A stretch of 62,260 nucleotides of DNA, counting the filler, from Sphacelaria rigidula (taxonomy: Eukaryota): the NCBI GenBank assembly GCA_964200075.2. It is 8 parts of 8 records of this genome, joined end to end, with 100 filler letters (N's around TTAATTAATTAA, not from the genome) between each part and the next. Parts side by side here need not be neighbours in the genome. Positions count along the whole stretch, not along the records: positions 7,797 to 15,492 come from CAXNAA020013760.1; positions 15,593 to 23,287 come from CAXNAA020013761.1; 6 more parts are not named here. One strand, written 5' to 3'. The position numbers were made by a program, and so were the translations under genes. Shown here piece after piece: positions 12,872-23,287 of the stretch (the first letter of the stretch is position 1; each line of letters begins with the position of its first letter). The notes below the pieces were generated by a model. The model worked only from the letters and a program-made list of their open reading frames with translations. It had not been told where the DNA came from and did no database searches.

Positions 12872-13321
12872 CTTCCTCTGTCCCATAAGTAAAGGTACCT
12901 AAATTTGTACGGGCCCTCAACCATGTCTGATCGTTGTTTTTTAGTGAACTCTACGGTGTTTTTCGGGTAAAAAAATTGTGTTTAGAATTCTCAGCTCGTG
13001 CTTGAACCATGCCGCCGAACGGCTGCGAGAAAAGTAGTCGGCCCAAAAATGGCCTTTTGGCAGTAAGCCCCAATGAAGGCGGGGGCGATTCAAAAAAAAA
13101 AAATGGAAGTTTTTTCCCCCTCGGAAAGGGACAAAAAACGGCCATTTTTGAGCCGACCACTTTTTTTGCAGCCGTTCGGCGGCATGGTTCAAGCACGAGC
13201 TGCAAATTTTCAACATATTTTCTTGACCCAAAAAACACCGTAGAGTTCTTTAAAAAAAAACGATCGGACATCGTTAACGGCCCGTACAAATTAGGTACCT
13301 TTACTTATGGGACAGAGGAAG
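12872..13321. mobile_element. Stowaway-like Tc1/mariner fold-back MITE inserted in a (TACA)n microsatellite
   Basis: TA TSD on both sides, termini CTTCCTCTGTCCCATAAGTAAAGGTACCTAA, and imperfect inverted arms of ~180 bp. Confidence 0.9.
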
Positions 13322-14745
13322 TACATACATGCATACATACAGAATACAGACATACATTATGTCTAACTAAGATTACGTGTGAACGCTCCCGTGCAAGCGG
13401 GGCAATTAGATCTACTCTTAGAACAGTACACTTCACAAACCCCTTCAGCTCGACTTCACCCTGCGATATTTTTCTTTTTCGAAAGCTTTATGAGATATTG
13501 CAATGTTTTTCCGTCACCGTTCAACTTCGACTAGGGCGAGATTNNNNNNNNNNTCGACCCAAGCAGTCAGTGCCTGAAAGTATGCGCGTAATAGGCAATA
13601 CGCGGAACCCTGATGGTGGATCTGACACTTTCATCCTGAAAAACGGAAATTTGATTCTAGAAAACGAAAAATTTCAACTTTACATGCATTCCCGATAAAT
13701 ACAGGAGACGTCAGAACGCAAGAAGAGCGTCTCTGCTTCCTTCGGGCCAGAGTTTTCTTCCGACCATGTCGCTGTATACGTCTAATATGTGTGACTGTAT
13801 TGCGCAAAACGCATAATAATAACGATCAGGTAGTGCAATGTTTTCATCACCGATCACCTATTTGTTGTTGCCTGGTTGTAGACGGCGCTTTTTTCGTCGG
13901 CCTTCCTGTGTTTCTTAGATTCGAGTCCTCAATAGACGTCCTTGGTTGAACTTTCTTCGTGCATTGTCGTTGTACAGGCAGAGGTTGATATGCAAATTTT
14001 GAGGGATATTTCACTTTGCATTTTGGACACAAGTACATTGCTTCTTCATACGCAAGATGCATACTGGGGGTACCCGTGCGACACAACAGGTTGTTTCGCG
14101 AAGGTTCCCTGGCGTGCCTCTACTTTTCCGTCTTGACTTTGTGCAGTTGGTTGCAAGCAGTTTATTTTTAGGAAAAATGCCTTCTCATCAGGCTTTTTTC
14201 TCGCGGGGGGATTTCGTTCATGTGGCCCGTCATAACCCCAGTAAATGAAGTCGCGTCCTTTTTTCTCATCTAGGAAAAATATAGCTTTTTTCGTCAAATG
14301 TCGAATGTTGAACATGTATATCTCGAAGCGAATTTCAACCAACTGATGCACGTAGAGATGTGGCTTTTTCGTAAGTAATATATTATCAACTTCTTCTGAG
14401 CAAACTCCTACTTATGGAGAACGAATCCACTTTTTTCTCCATGTTTCAGCTTTTTTTTTTCAGAACGCATTGCCTACGACACATTCGGGTGTTCCGCGTT
14501 CCTCGCACTTTTAAAACGATCCTCAAAATTCAGTGTGTTTCATCCACCATTCCGCGCTCTCAACATTCGCGTTCCTTAATTCCAATCATACCATACCTTT
14601 GCCGGATCTTGCTTGTTCTACTCATCACATATAACACAGTTTCACAACCGTTGCACACATGAGATCTCTGGCTCAACCTCTTGGTAGGAGTCATTACCTT
14701 TGTCATCTTCCTCATTAAATTAATTCCTTTCCTCGCCTATCGTGG

Positions 14746-14777
14746 AGGGCGGGGCCGCCTATCGGCGGCCCCGTCCT
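14746..14777. repeat. 14-bp GC-rich hairpin followed by a TACA/GACA-like microsatellite
   Basis: AGGGCGGGGCCGCC-TATC-GGCGGCCCCGTCCT. The layout resembles a Helitron/Helentron-derived element end (inference). Confidence 0.5.
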
Positions 14778-14929
14778 ATACATGTACATACATACAGACA
14801 TACAGATATACACACAAAACTTCACTTGACGCGGGCGCTTTTTTGTCACTACAAACATCTCAACTTGGTGTGGTCGGTGGATCTATCAATTCACGGATTG
14901 ATCCCGTGATCGATTCTCTAACATCAACA

Positions 14930-15081
14930 GGTTCACACCCTCGACAATAGATTCTACTGTCAAAATATGTACCGCGTACAGTATGGCATCTACAGTATGT
15001 TGCAATAGGCGCAATAACAGTCGATACTGTACGCAGTACAATTCTTGACTGTGTATTATACTGTTGTCCAGGGTGTGAACC
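14930..15081. mobile_element. Fold-back MITE with GGTTCACACCCT.GACAA termini (PIF/Harbinger-like, tentative)
   Basis: Imperfect ~57-bp inverted arms. The terminal motif is shared with the flanks of the palindrome at 32900-33069. Confidence 0.65.
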
Positions 15082-16656
15082 GGTCCACCAAATACGACTC
15101 CAGTCGTGTGGTGACAAGATTCAAGATTTTATGTCCCCGAGAAATCCCACGGAAAGCCATAGTAGGTTGAACAACGTTAGAGATGGAATAGAGCAGCAAC
15201 AACACAAAAAGAGTGAAGCAGTAGTTTTTGATAGCAAAAAGATAGCTGGGAATGTATATATATATATGTAGTTACTCTGAACGATCGAAGTTTCGATCTC
15301 AATAAATGGTTGAATTTTCCTAGACAAAAAGTTCAGGTTTACTGCGGTGTTTTTACCTCCTTTTCTTTTTCCTTCTCTTTCCAATTAGTTCGTCGAGCTC
15401 CCTTCAGCGAAGTTTCCACGGTTAGGACAAATAATGATTCGTCAGGAAAGTACTTGGTTTTAGTATAATAAGTTGACACGTGATGAATGAATNNNNNNNN
15501 NNNNNNNNNNNNNNNNNNNNNNNNNNNNNNNNNNNNTTAATTAATTAANNNNNNNNNNNNNNNNNNNNNNNNNNNNNNNNNNNNNNNNNNNNGGGTTTGG
15601 GGGGGGGTGGGGGGGGGGGGGGGGGGGGGGGGTTCGGGGGGTGTTGTCAGGGGGCGCCCCCCCCCCCCCCCCTAGAGAAGTATCTGAGTCACGTCGATAA
15701 AAACGTGAGGACGTGAGTGGTAGCAAAGTAGTTTGTTTGGCGAGAGTTGACCCTGTGCACCGGGAGTGGTCATTGTCCAATCAGCGATAGTGCAAGCCGT
15801 GTGTGATCGAGGAGAGTTTACTACAGTGTGTCTACCCGAATACATGGTGAACACGTTTTGAAAATAACGCGAACCCTAAAACCCTAACCCTGCCCCCACC
15901 CAAGGCATAGCGAGAACCCTCGAGCAAGAGGGGTGCCAAAGGCGCTCTTGGCGGAGTATGCGTTGGCAGACGCCAAATCGAAGCACCCTACTAGAGATCC
16001 GAATATCGGTCTCAACACTAGAAATGAAGTAAATTAACCATGCATTGGGCGTGACGCCTCGGGGGTAAACTTCACTGGTACAAAGCACGTGTGGGAGCAC
16101 GGGCTGATCGCGCCAGACCACGGACTCGCTCCGACGAAGGGGAGATGCTGAAAAGTGTGACGAAAGCTAGAAAAGGACAATACAATAATATGATGCATTT
16201 CCCTTGTTCTCGTAATCAACAAAATATTGAGGTGTATTACTGTAATCTTGTCGAGGTCAAGTATCAACCGCTCACAAAAAAACCGTAGTCGTGCACGTCG
16301 ACATTCCGTCACCCCGCGCAATTTCCGAGAGAGCATATATATCTCGCTCCCACCTCGGAGTTTTATTTGAGAAATGAAATTTCGAGAAATTTGCTTGCAC
16401 AGGTTGGGGGCCATATCGTCATGCTCTATCTCCTCATATTTCGATACGGTACTCGACGTGTCGCTGATTACCTGAATTAATCATGTCGCGGAAATAAGCG
16501 AGGACAGCCCTTGGAAAAAAGGCATGAACAGGACCCACTCTGCCACTCAACGAATTGTACAGTCGCGTACCCTAACTTGATGACCATTGGTGCCTTCCGA
16601 CTCCCCTCCCCCCTCTCCCCCGCACCCCGTACTTTTCGGAATCGGCCATTTTCTAG

Positions 16657-19600
16657 GGGACCGGCTGTCGGCGTTGGTTCTGCTGGGGGCTTTAGTGGTG
16701 CTGGATAAAGATCCGCGTCATGTGCAGATCTTTGCTGGCATGCTGGCACTCGATATCGGTGCGTGTTTTTTTACTCGTTTGTGTTTGTCGTTATTTGTTT
16801 ATTTTTTCCCTCATATCCTGACAGTCATGGTCGTTTACTGGTTTGAGTCCTTCGATCGTTGTGTTTTCCACCTTTGCCCGTAGATATGTATGTATATATA
16901 TACAGTGGGGGGCTCTCAGTAGTGCCGGTTGAATAGTGCCAACGACCTATATAATGCCAGTAAAATCTCCGGGCACAGCCAGAGCTCGCAGTAGTGCCGC
17001 CCGGCACTACTGACAGATGGCCCTCAGTAGTGCCGGCTTGGAGGTTTATGTACCCTCAACAGTGCCGGTTCCGGACACACTCATGCACGCCTTCCCCCCC
17101 ACCAACCAAGCCACGGGAGGAATCGTGTCTACTTTGCTGCATTGGTGTATTTTTTTTCGAGGTCGTTCGTTTATCTCTCTCCTTGTCCCGGTAGCCGGTA
17201 GGAAGTGAAAAGGGGTGTGGTTCATTCTTTCTCGCTCACTCCTTTTGGTGGGCGGTGTACTCTTTCGTGACTTTTTTTGCACACCAGATGCCACACCTTC
17301 TTAGTTGCGGTGAGTGCAGATGTGTCCGTGTTTTTCTTGTCGGGAAGGTCTTTCGGCATGAGCAACTATTGTGGCCGTACTGCTGCTGTTGTGCTAGTAG
17401 GGAAGGAAATGATCAACCTTGGAACAAGATCAATCAAGTTAAAGGTGAAGAACAAAAAAAATCGGGTTTAGTTCTGCCACCCCGAAACCTTACGTGACGT
17501 ATCCTATCGAAACCCCTTGAAACAAAGGTCCTCGTCCATTTTGAGCTTCCGTTGGTCCCACGAAGGGCAATCGTAGTACTGTAGGAACGGACGGTCGTCA
17601 GTAGTGCCAGAATCGGCACTACTGAGGTATTCAGAGCCCTCAATTGCACCTGTTTTGGCACGTTTCAGAGTAGTGCCGGTGTCCGTGGTGGGCACATACC
17701 GGCACTACTAAAAGCCCCCCCCCACTGTATGTATATATATATTAAATTCGTCAAACTTTGCATCCCTCTCCTTAGTTGGGGGATGTGTTGGTATCGCGGG
17801 TCAGATCAGCACCGCGTCGAATTTCGCCAACTTTTCGTCGCTACTCACGTCCTCTCGTATTACAGAATGGAAAGCAGATTTTCCTTACATGACAAGCGGA
17901 GCCATGCCACGGTAGCGGTTGTGCATTTGGGCCCAAGTCTTTCTCATTCACGGGCTACTGAAGTTGGAAGCTACAAAAAGATATGGTCAGGACATTGCCG
18001 TTTTAAAAATTCATTCTGGTTATCCCTAGCCCATTAGAATGCTCATCGTGGGGTGCTCTCATGTATGTCATCAGTCATTTTTTGTATGGGATATGGGCTT
18101 CCTAACAATTCGAAGCTTGAGAAAATATTTGGGCAACCCCACGGTTTCGTCAGTCAGCGTGTGCAAGCATATGCGGCAACCGAACCCGCTACTTCACCCG
18201 TACCGGTTTTGAGTTGTAACCCTTGGACCACCTGGGCGCGGCGCCACTACAGTGCTTTTACTGTATTTCATCCCGTCGCTCACCATCAGACCGCGGGGGT
18301 AGTCCATCTGGATGATGCACATTTTTGCCAAGTGAAATTGATGCCGATTCCACAGAGGACCCACTCTCGCCACCCAAGGGTAAATATTTTTCTCGTTAGG
18401 ACCATGATGTTCAGGTTTATACACGACGAGCTGGGCCAGCCGAGAAGCGATTCTGCAGTTTGCAGGCCATTATACGGCCAATACTTGGAGTTGAACCCTG
18501 AAATTTGGCATGGGCAATGACTAGGGCATAATAAAAAAAGTTACTGGCGCACACAAGTTTCTTTTTCTTTTTTTCCATGAGTTAGGGGCATTTTACCGAT
18601 ATCTGAAAACTGATTATTGCCCTTAACTCATGAAAAAAAACCCTTGTGTGCGCCAGTAATTTTTTTTATTATGCCCTACTCATTGTCCATACCAAATTTC
18701 AGGGTCCAGCTCCAAGTATTGGCCGTATAATAGGCCGTTTAATGACGGGGTCAGAAAATTTCGGAACAGCATTTTGCAGGCCATTTACCGGCCGACGTTC
18801 GGTGTTTGTGTATTGAAACTTTGTGTGGGGCGTGGCTAGGGCATAATCAACGAAACATAGTGGATGATATCGTTTATTTTTTATTTTCTCCATTGGTTTA
18901 GGGCGTTTAAGTCTGGTAAAGACCTTTTTCACGAAAATGCCTGAACCTCTCCAAGAAAAAAAATGAAGGCCCATTTTTTTTTTTTTTTTTTTATACCTTT
19001 GTTATCCTCCATTCTGAGTTTCAAATTACAATTTTTGAAATTTANNNNNNNNNNGTGTGTAATGAAGGGGTGTTAAAAGCAAATCTTTGTGTTTTTTAGT
19101 GTTATTTGTTTGTTGCCCTTTTTTTTTTTTTTTTGTATACCTCTGTGATCCTCCATGCTGAGTTTCAAATTACAATTCTCGAAATTGAGCTGAAGAATTG
19201 AGATAAGGCCCCAAAAGCAGTGTTCATTTCTCCTCAAAACTGCCCCAAAATCCCGAAAAAAATGAAAGAAAAGCCCGAAAAAATTGAAAAGGCTGTGTTT
19301 ACAAGCTTTATTATGCACTAGCGGTTCTCCATACAAAATTTTATAGCATAACTCTCAAAAACTGAGATGCGATATCCGGGTTCAGCTAATCTAGCGCATC
19401 TGCTCGTAATACACTGGTTTCAGTCTGGAAGCGTATGTGCGCCATATCTCGCGATGTATTACGAACTAGGTGAAGGTGAGGGTATCTATCGTCTCCCTGT
19501 GCTCCAGGAAATGTCCACATCAGAATTCGTCATCATCCGCTGAATGCATCGATCGGGGGTTTCATCGAGATTTTTGTATGGACGCAATCTCCGTTAGGTA

Positions 19601-20749
19601 TAGGAATTACTAGGCATGGGGTTTAATCAAGGAGAAAATATGGGTCCGAACTTGTGAGTAGATGGGTACCTCCCACTTGGTTGAGCGATTAATACAATAT
19701 GCGGATCACGGCCCAAATCGTCCGTGTCGACGAGATATTGCTTTGAGAGCTTAAATCCGTGTCTAGGCTGGCCCAGCTCGTAGTTCACCAATCGAGTCCA
19801 CCAAGGGAGGAAGGGCACGGGCAACACAGTGAACCCGCTTATCCCAAGAACGTATCCCGGAGATGAGACAGATTCCGAAATCAACATGTACCGTATTGTA
19901 CGCGTGTTTTTGCGAAAAGACCTGATTCTGAGTTTCGAAGTAATTCACCAGGCAAGCAGAGGATACGTGTAGCGCTTTCTTACTCGACTTTATCCCCCTC
20001 CCGTTGTTAGAACAAGGTATCATTGCGGATAAGAACCCAGCCGTGAAGGCTTTAGAGTTGGGTTAAAGTCTCCCAGGCGCGGATTGTACTTGATGTTGCG
20101 GTAGAGGTACCAAAAATATGCGGGAAACAGTATTGTTTAATCTGCTGCAGTTGATTGTCCCACTTTAACGATCTCATTATACGGTGCAGTATTATAGTCG
20201 TTTTGTTGTTTGTCTCTTATTGGCTGTGCTGGTCGTAAGGATCTTCCGTTTTCACTCTTCACGTGTTGGTGACCCTCCTACATTTGACAATGTTTTCGTG
20301 AGATTGAGAGTCTGGGATACGATCGAGCCAAGCGATCCACTTCTAAAAGAAATAGTTTCAGTTCCGAAATGCCCCTCCGGGTCTTATACGAGGCCCGATA
20401 CGCTTTCTGTAGTAGCTTCCCACTGAAGCCTTTGATGTCCCTGAGTAGTATGTCGACGTGTAGCTGTAAGCACACGATAGTGATATAGGCACAGAAAGAA
20501 ACAAACACGAAATGATAAATTGGTCAAGCTAGAGCGAATAATAAAAGTCACTCTCAATCAACGCCGGACTGTCAATCTCACGAAAGCATCGTTATTTGTA
20601 CCTCAGCGACAAACTGGCTTCAGCTGTCCGCGGCTTCAGCAGCGGGTGGTCCTCGACCCCTGGCGGGGGGCGCGTTCGTGAGGGGACGGGGTGCAGCGCC
20701 GGACTTCGCGACGCACCTCATGCTGAGGCACCCCTTCGCCCTCACTCTG
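16657..20749 (+). CDS. CDP-alcohol phosphatidyltransferase, phosphatidylinositol-synthase-like, partial; exons 16657-16758 and 20607-20749
   Basis: TTCTAG|...|GTGCGT and CCTCAG|...|GTATGT exons join in phase 1 to give DRLSALVLLGALVVLDKDPRHVQIFAGMLALDIATNWLQLSAASAAGG...HLMLRHPFALTL. This resembles the PIS segment DR-TM helix-P..F...LDxxSHW. The upstream DGxxAR exon is off-scaffold. Confidence 0.6.
16903..17727. mobile_element. Non-autonomous Tc1/pogo-like element
   Basis: TA TSD within TA-rich flanks, TIR CAGTGGGGGGCT...AGCCCCCCCCCACTG, and multiple subterminal AGTAGTGCCG motifs at both ends. Confidence 0.85.
18427..19780. mobile_element. Non-autonomous mariner-like element (CGAGCTGGGCCAG TIR) with a long internal hairpin
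   Basis: TIRs at both ends and a right TA. Colinear with the inverted copy at 44704-45913. It spans a 10-N gap with duplicated flanks, so it may be chimeric. Confidence 0.8.
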
Positions 20750-21128
20750 GTATGTACACATGCACTGTGGGACGCATATTATTTCGCCCCTACTCTCGTA
20801 ATGTACACATGCACAGGTGGAGACGCGATGATGAGTGATATTCGCTATCGCTTTCGTAATGTGACCACGGCTGGATCCCTGGGGGTCACTTGAAGTGCGA
20901 CAATCAATCAATCAAAGCAATCAATGTACACATGCACTGTTGCAGACGCGATGATATGATTTCGCCATCACACTGGTAGTGTGCACGTGCACTGTAGCAG
21001 TTGCGATGGTATTTCGCCATCGCTCTGGAAATGTACACATGCACTATTGGAGACGCAATGATATGGGTTTCCCCTCACTCTGGTGATGTACGCATGGACT
21101 GTAGACGACTTGATGATGGTGATTCCGC
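20736..21128 (+). repeat. ~55-bp minisatellite (about 6 units) starting at the exon/intron junction
   Basis: Units are TTCGCC.TC.CTCTG-GT.ATGTACACATGCACTGT.G.AGACGCGATGAT. Unit 3 is interrupted by a (CAAT)n-tailed insertion at 20861-20925. Confidence 0.85.
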
Positions 21129-21446
21129 CTTTTTTCCTGCACGAACTCCTGTCTGCAGCCTTGGTGGCGTCCGGTCGAGGTTCTTGGGACCGTTATTTTC
21201 TGCGTATCGTCCGTTGTTACGCGTATGTTGTCAGTGTCCCTGTGTTTCGGCCTTGTTTCTCTATCCTTTTCGTTTCTCGGCGTTTTCCTCCTCTTTTGTT
21301 ATTCTTCTCAATGGATAATGACCCAAGCTTTGTACTTGTCTAGCCGGTAACGGCAAACGGGCAGTGTCGGTGCCGATGATCGATCTTGTACAGGAAAAAA
21401 ATGGCGTTTTTTCTTTCTTTCGATTCAGAACGATTGTTTCCACGGG

Positions 21447-21790
21447 AACCGTAGGTAAGGTACCGTACCGAGCGTACCCCCGGTATTTACCGGGGTATCC
21501 CATACCGTGGTATGCGTGGATATCGTAGGTATGGGTTTTGAAAATGCCTGATTGAGCAGGTACGGTTGGTATGGAAATCTCGGAATACCGTGGTATCGTA
21601 GGTATCGTAGGTATGAGTTTTGAAAATACCCGATCGAGCGGGTACGGTAGGTACTGGCATATCGAAATACCGTGGTATCGTGGGCATCGTAGGTATGGCG
21701 TTCGAAAATACCTGATTGGACCAGTATCGGTGGGGTATGAGACGTGCCGAATACCGAGTACCTACGTTACCTACGTTGCCTATGATGGTT
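21447..21790. repeat. Element with ~81-bp tandem units (x3)
   Basis: Repeats of ATACCGTGGTATCGT.GG.ATCGTAGGTATG..TTT.GAAAATACC.GAT.GAGC.GGTACGGT.GGTA, with loosely inverted CGTAGGTAA/TTACCTACG ends. Confidence 0.75.
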
Positions 21791-22369
21791 TCGCTCGGTT
21801 TACCCCTTTCTTCTCGACTTTGTTTTCACTTTGCGAGGGTTCCCATGTACATACGTCGGATACGCGTAGTTTGTGGCCGCGGATGAATTTGAAGCGGATC
21901 GCTTTATGCAAGGCGTATCAATCCAATATTTACTCAACACAGCCTTCGACTGTCGTGCGGATAGATGATAACAGCCTCTCGGAAGGACGTATTGTGCCCC
22001 TGATGTTGTCGTGATCCATCTGACGGCAAACTGAACCTCTCGATGATGGCTTCGGATGTTGATCGCACTCATTGGTTTGGTGGCGGATCGTCGCCTTCGC
22101 GATTCTGCAAACACATTCCGCCGCGCTGTGTTGCGGTGTACACATTTCATCAATTTACCCGTTCGCAATACCGTTGAAGGGCCGCTTGTAAAAGTTTAGA
22201 ATGACATTTCTCTTTCAGATGAACAGGGAAGGAGATTCAGGAGCACCGGGCGGGTGGCTCTCGTCGTTTAGCAAGAAGACAACACTTGTGAGAGAAGACT
22301 GTGGAGAAGACCATCCACTTTCCTCTTATCTTTTGGCCGGCACAACATCTTTTCATGCTTTTCACTCAT

Positions 22370-23287
22370 GTTGTTAGTCATCTTATCCACGTCCTGTTTC
22401 ATCGCCTGTGGCCGCCTTCCTTCTCCTGGTATAACCATCGTTTTCTCCCGAACATTTAGTGCATCGAACGATTCGGGTCACCTTCGTTCACGTCCCGCAT
22501 TTCCCCCTCAAATGCGTCTCGTTCCTCTTCGTATAGTTCACATCTGCCACTATATATGAGTTCTTCTCTATATTACCCTGCCACAGAGGCAATTCTGTCG
22601 ATCTATTTCTTCCTCCACACGACTACTGTTACATCTCTTTCTTCTTTTCGGCAGGTCGAGTTCCCCAATCCGAAATCGCAGTTTCGTTTCTTTCGCCGCG
22701 TCGATTGGGCCATGCAAATATGTTTTCATCCCTATCCCCTCCAACAACCCCCCGTATGTATTGTTTTTCTGCGTCTACGTTCCGTTTGAGCGCTCCTTTT
22801 CCTCTTATTTCGATCATGTCTATTAGTTTTGTCTTACACCCCGCGCCTTCACCTGCGGGCCGTATTTCGTCTTTGTTTCGGCCTATCTCCTTCCATACTT
22901 TCTCGGCTACTCTATCCCATCTTATTCCAGCATTCCAGTTTGTACTTTTCTTCCATACAGCCTTATCAACTATAGCTGGCAATATCTTTTTCTGCATCAT
23001 CTATACGCTATATTGGCATCGCAATTTCCTCATGTCTGTTTGTTTCAAGGGGGTACATTCCCAACTCTGCGCTCAATAATGTATTACTCGTCGTTTTCGA
23101 ACATATCTTCTTAGCTGCTGCCGTCTGTACTGTTTTCAACCTCCCCACCAACTTTGCGTTCACCTCCCATACTTCTCCTGCATATTCCAGCTTCTGTACG
23201 ATCATGTTCATCAGGATATATCTCTTGATCCGAGTGTCTAGGCGCGGGTCTCTGAGAATCACGTGCAACCTGCCTATTTGTGCCTTA
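22370..23287 (-). mobile_element. Degenerate LINE ORF2 C-terminal region (post-RT), frameshifted
   Basis: RIKRYILMNMIVQKLEYAGEVW...KKICSKTTSNTLLSAELGMYPL (P.LEYG.EVW / N..L.AELG..PL LINE signature), then KKILPAIVDKAVW...GIRWDRVAEKVW and KLRFRIGELDLP in shifted frames. Confidence 0.85.

Noticed and set aside
13009..13698. 229-aa ORF
   Set aside because: It runs through a fold-back MITE and an N gap and has no protein features.
13847..14086. CxxC segment (YLCPKCKVKYPSKFAY) as a zinc finger
   Set aside because: No His/Cys partners in frame. At best a decayed relic.
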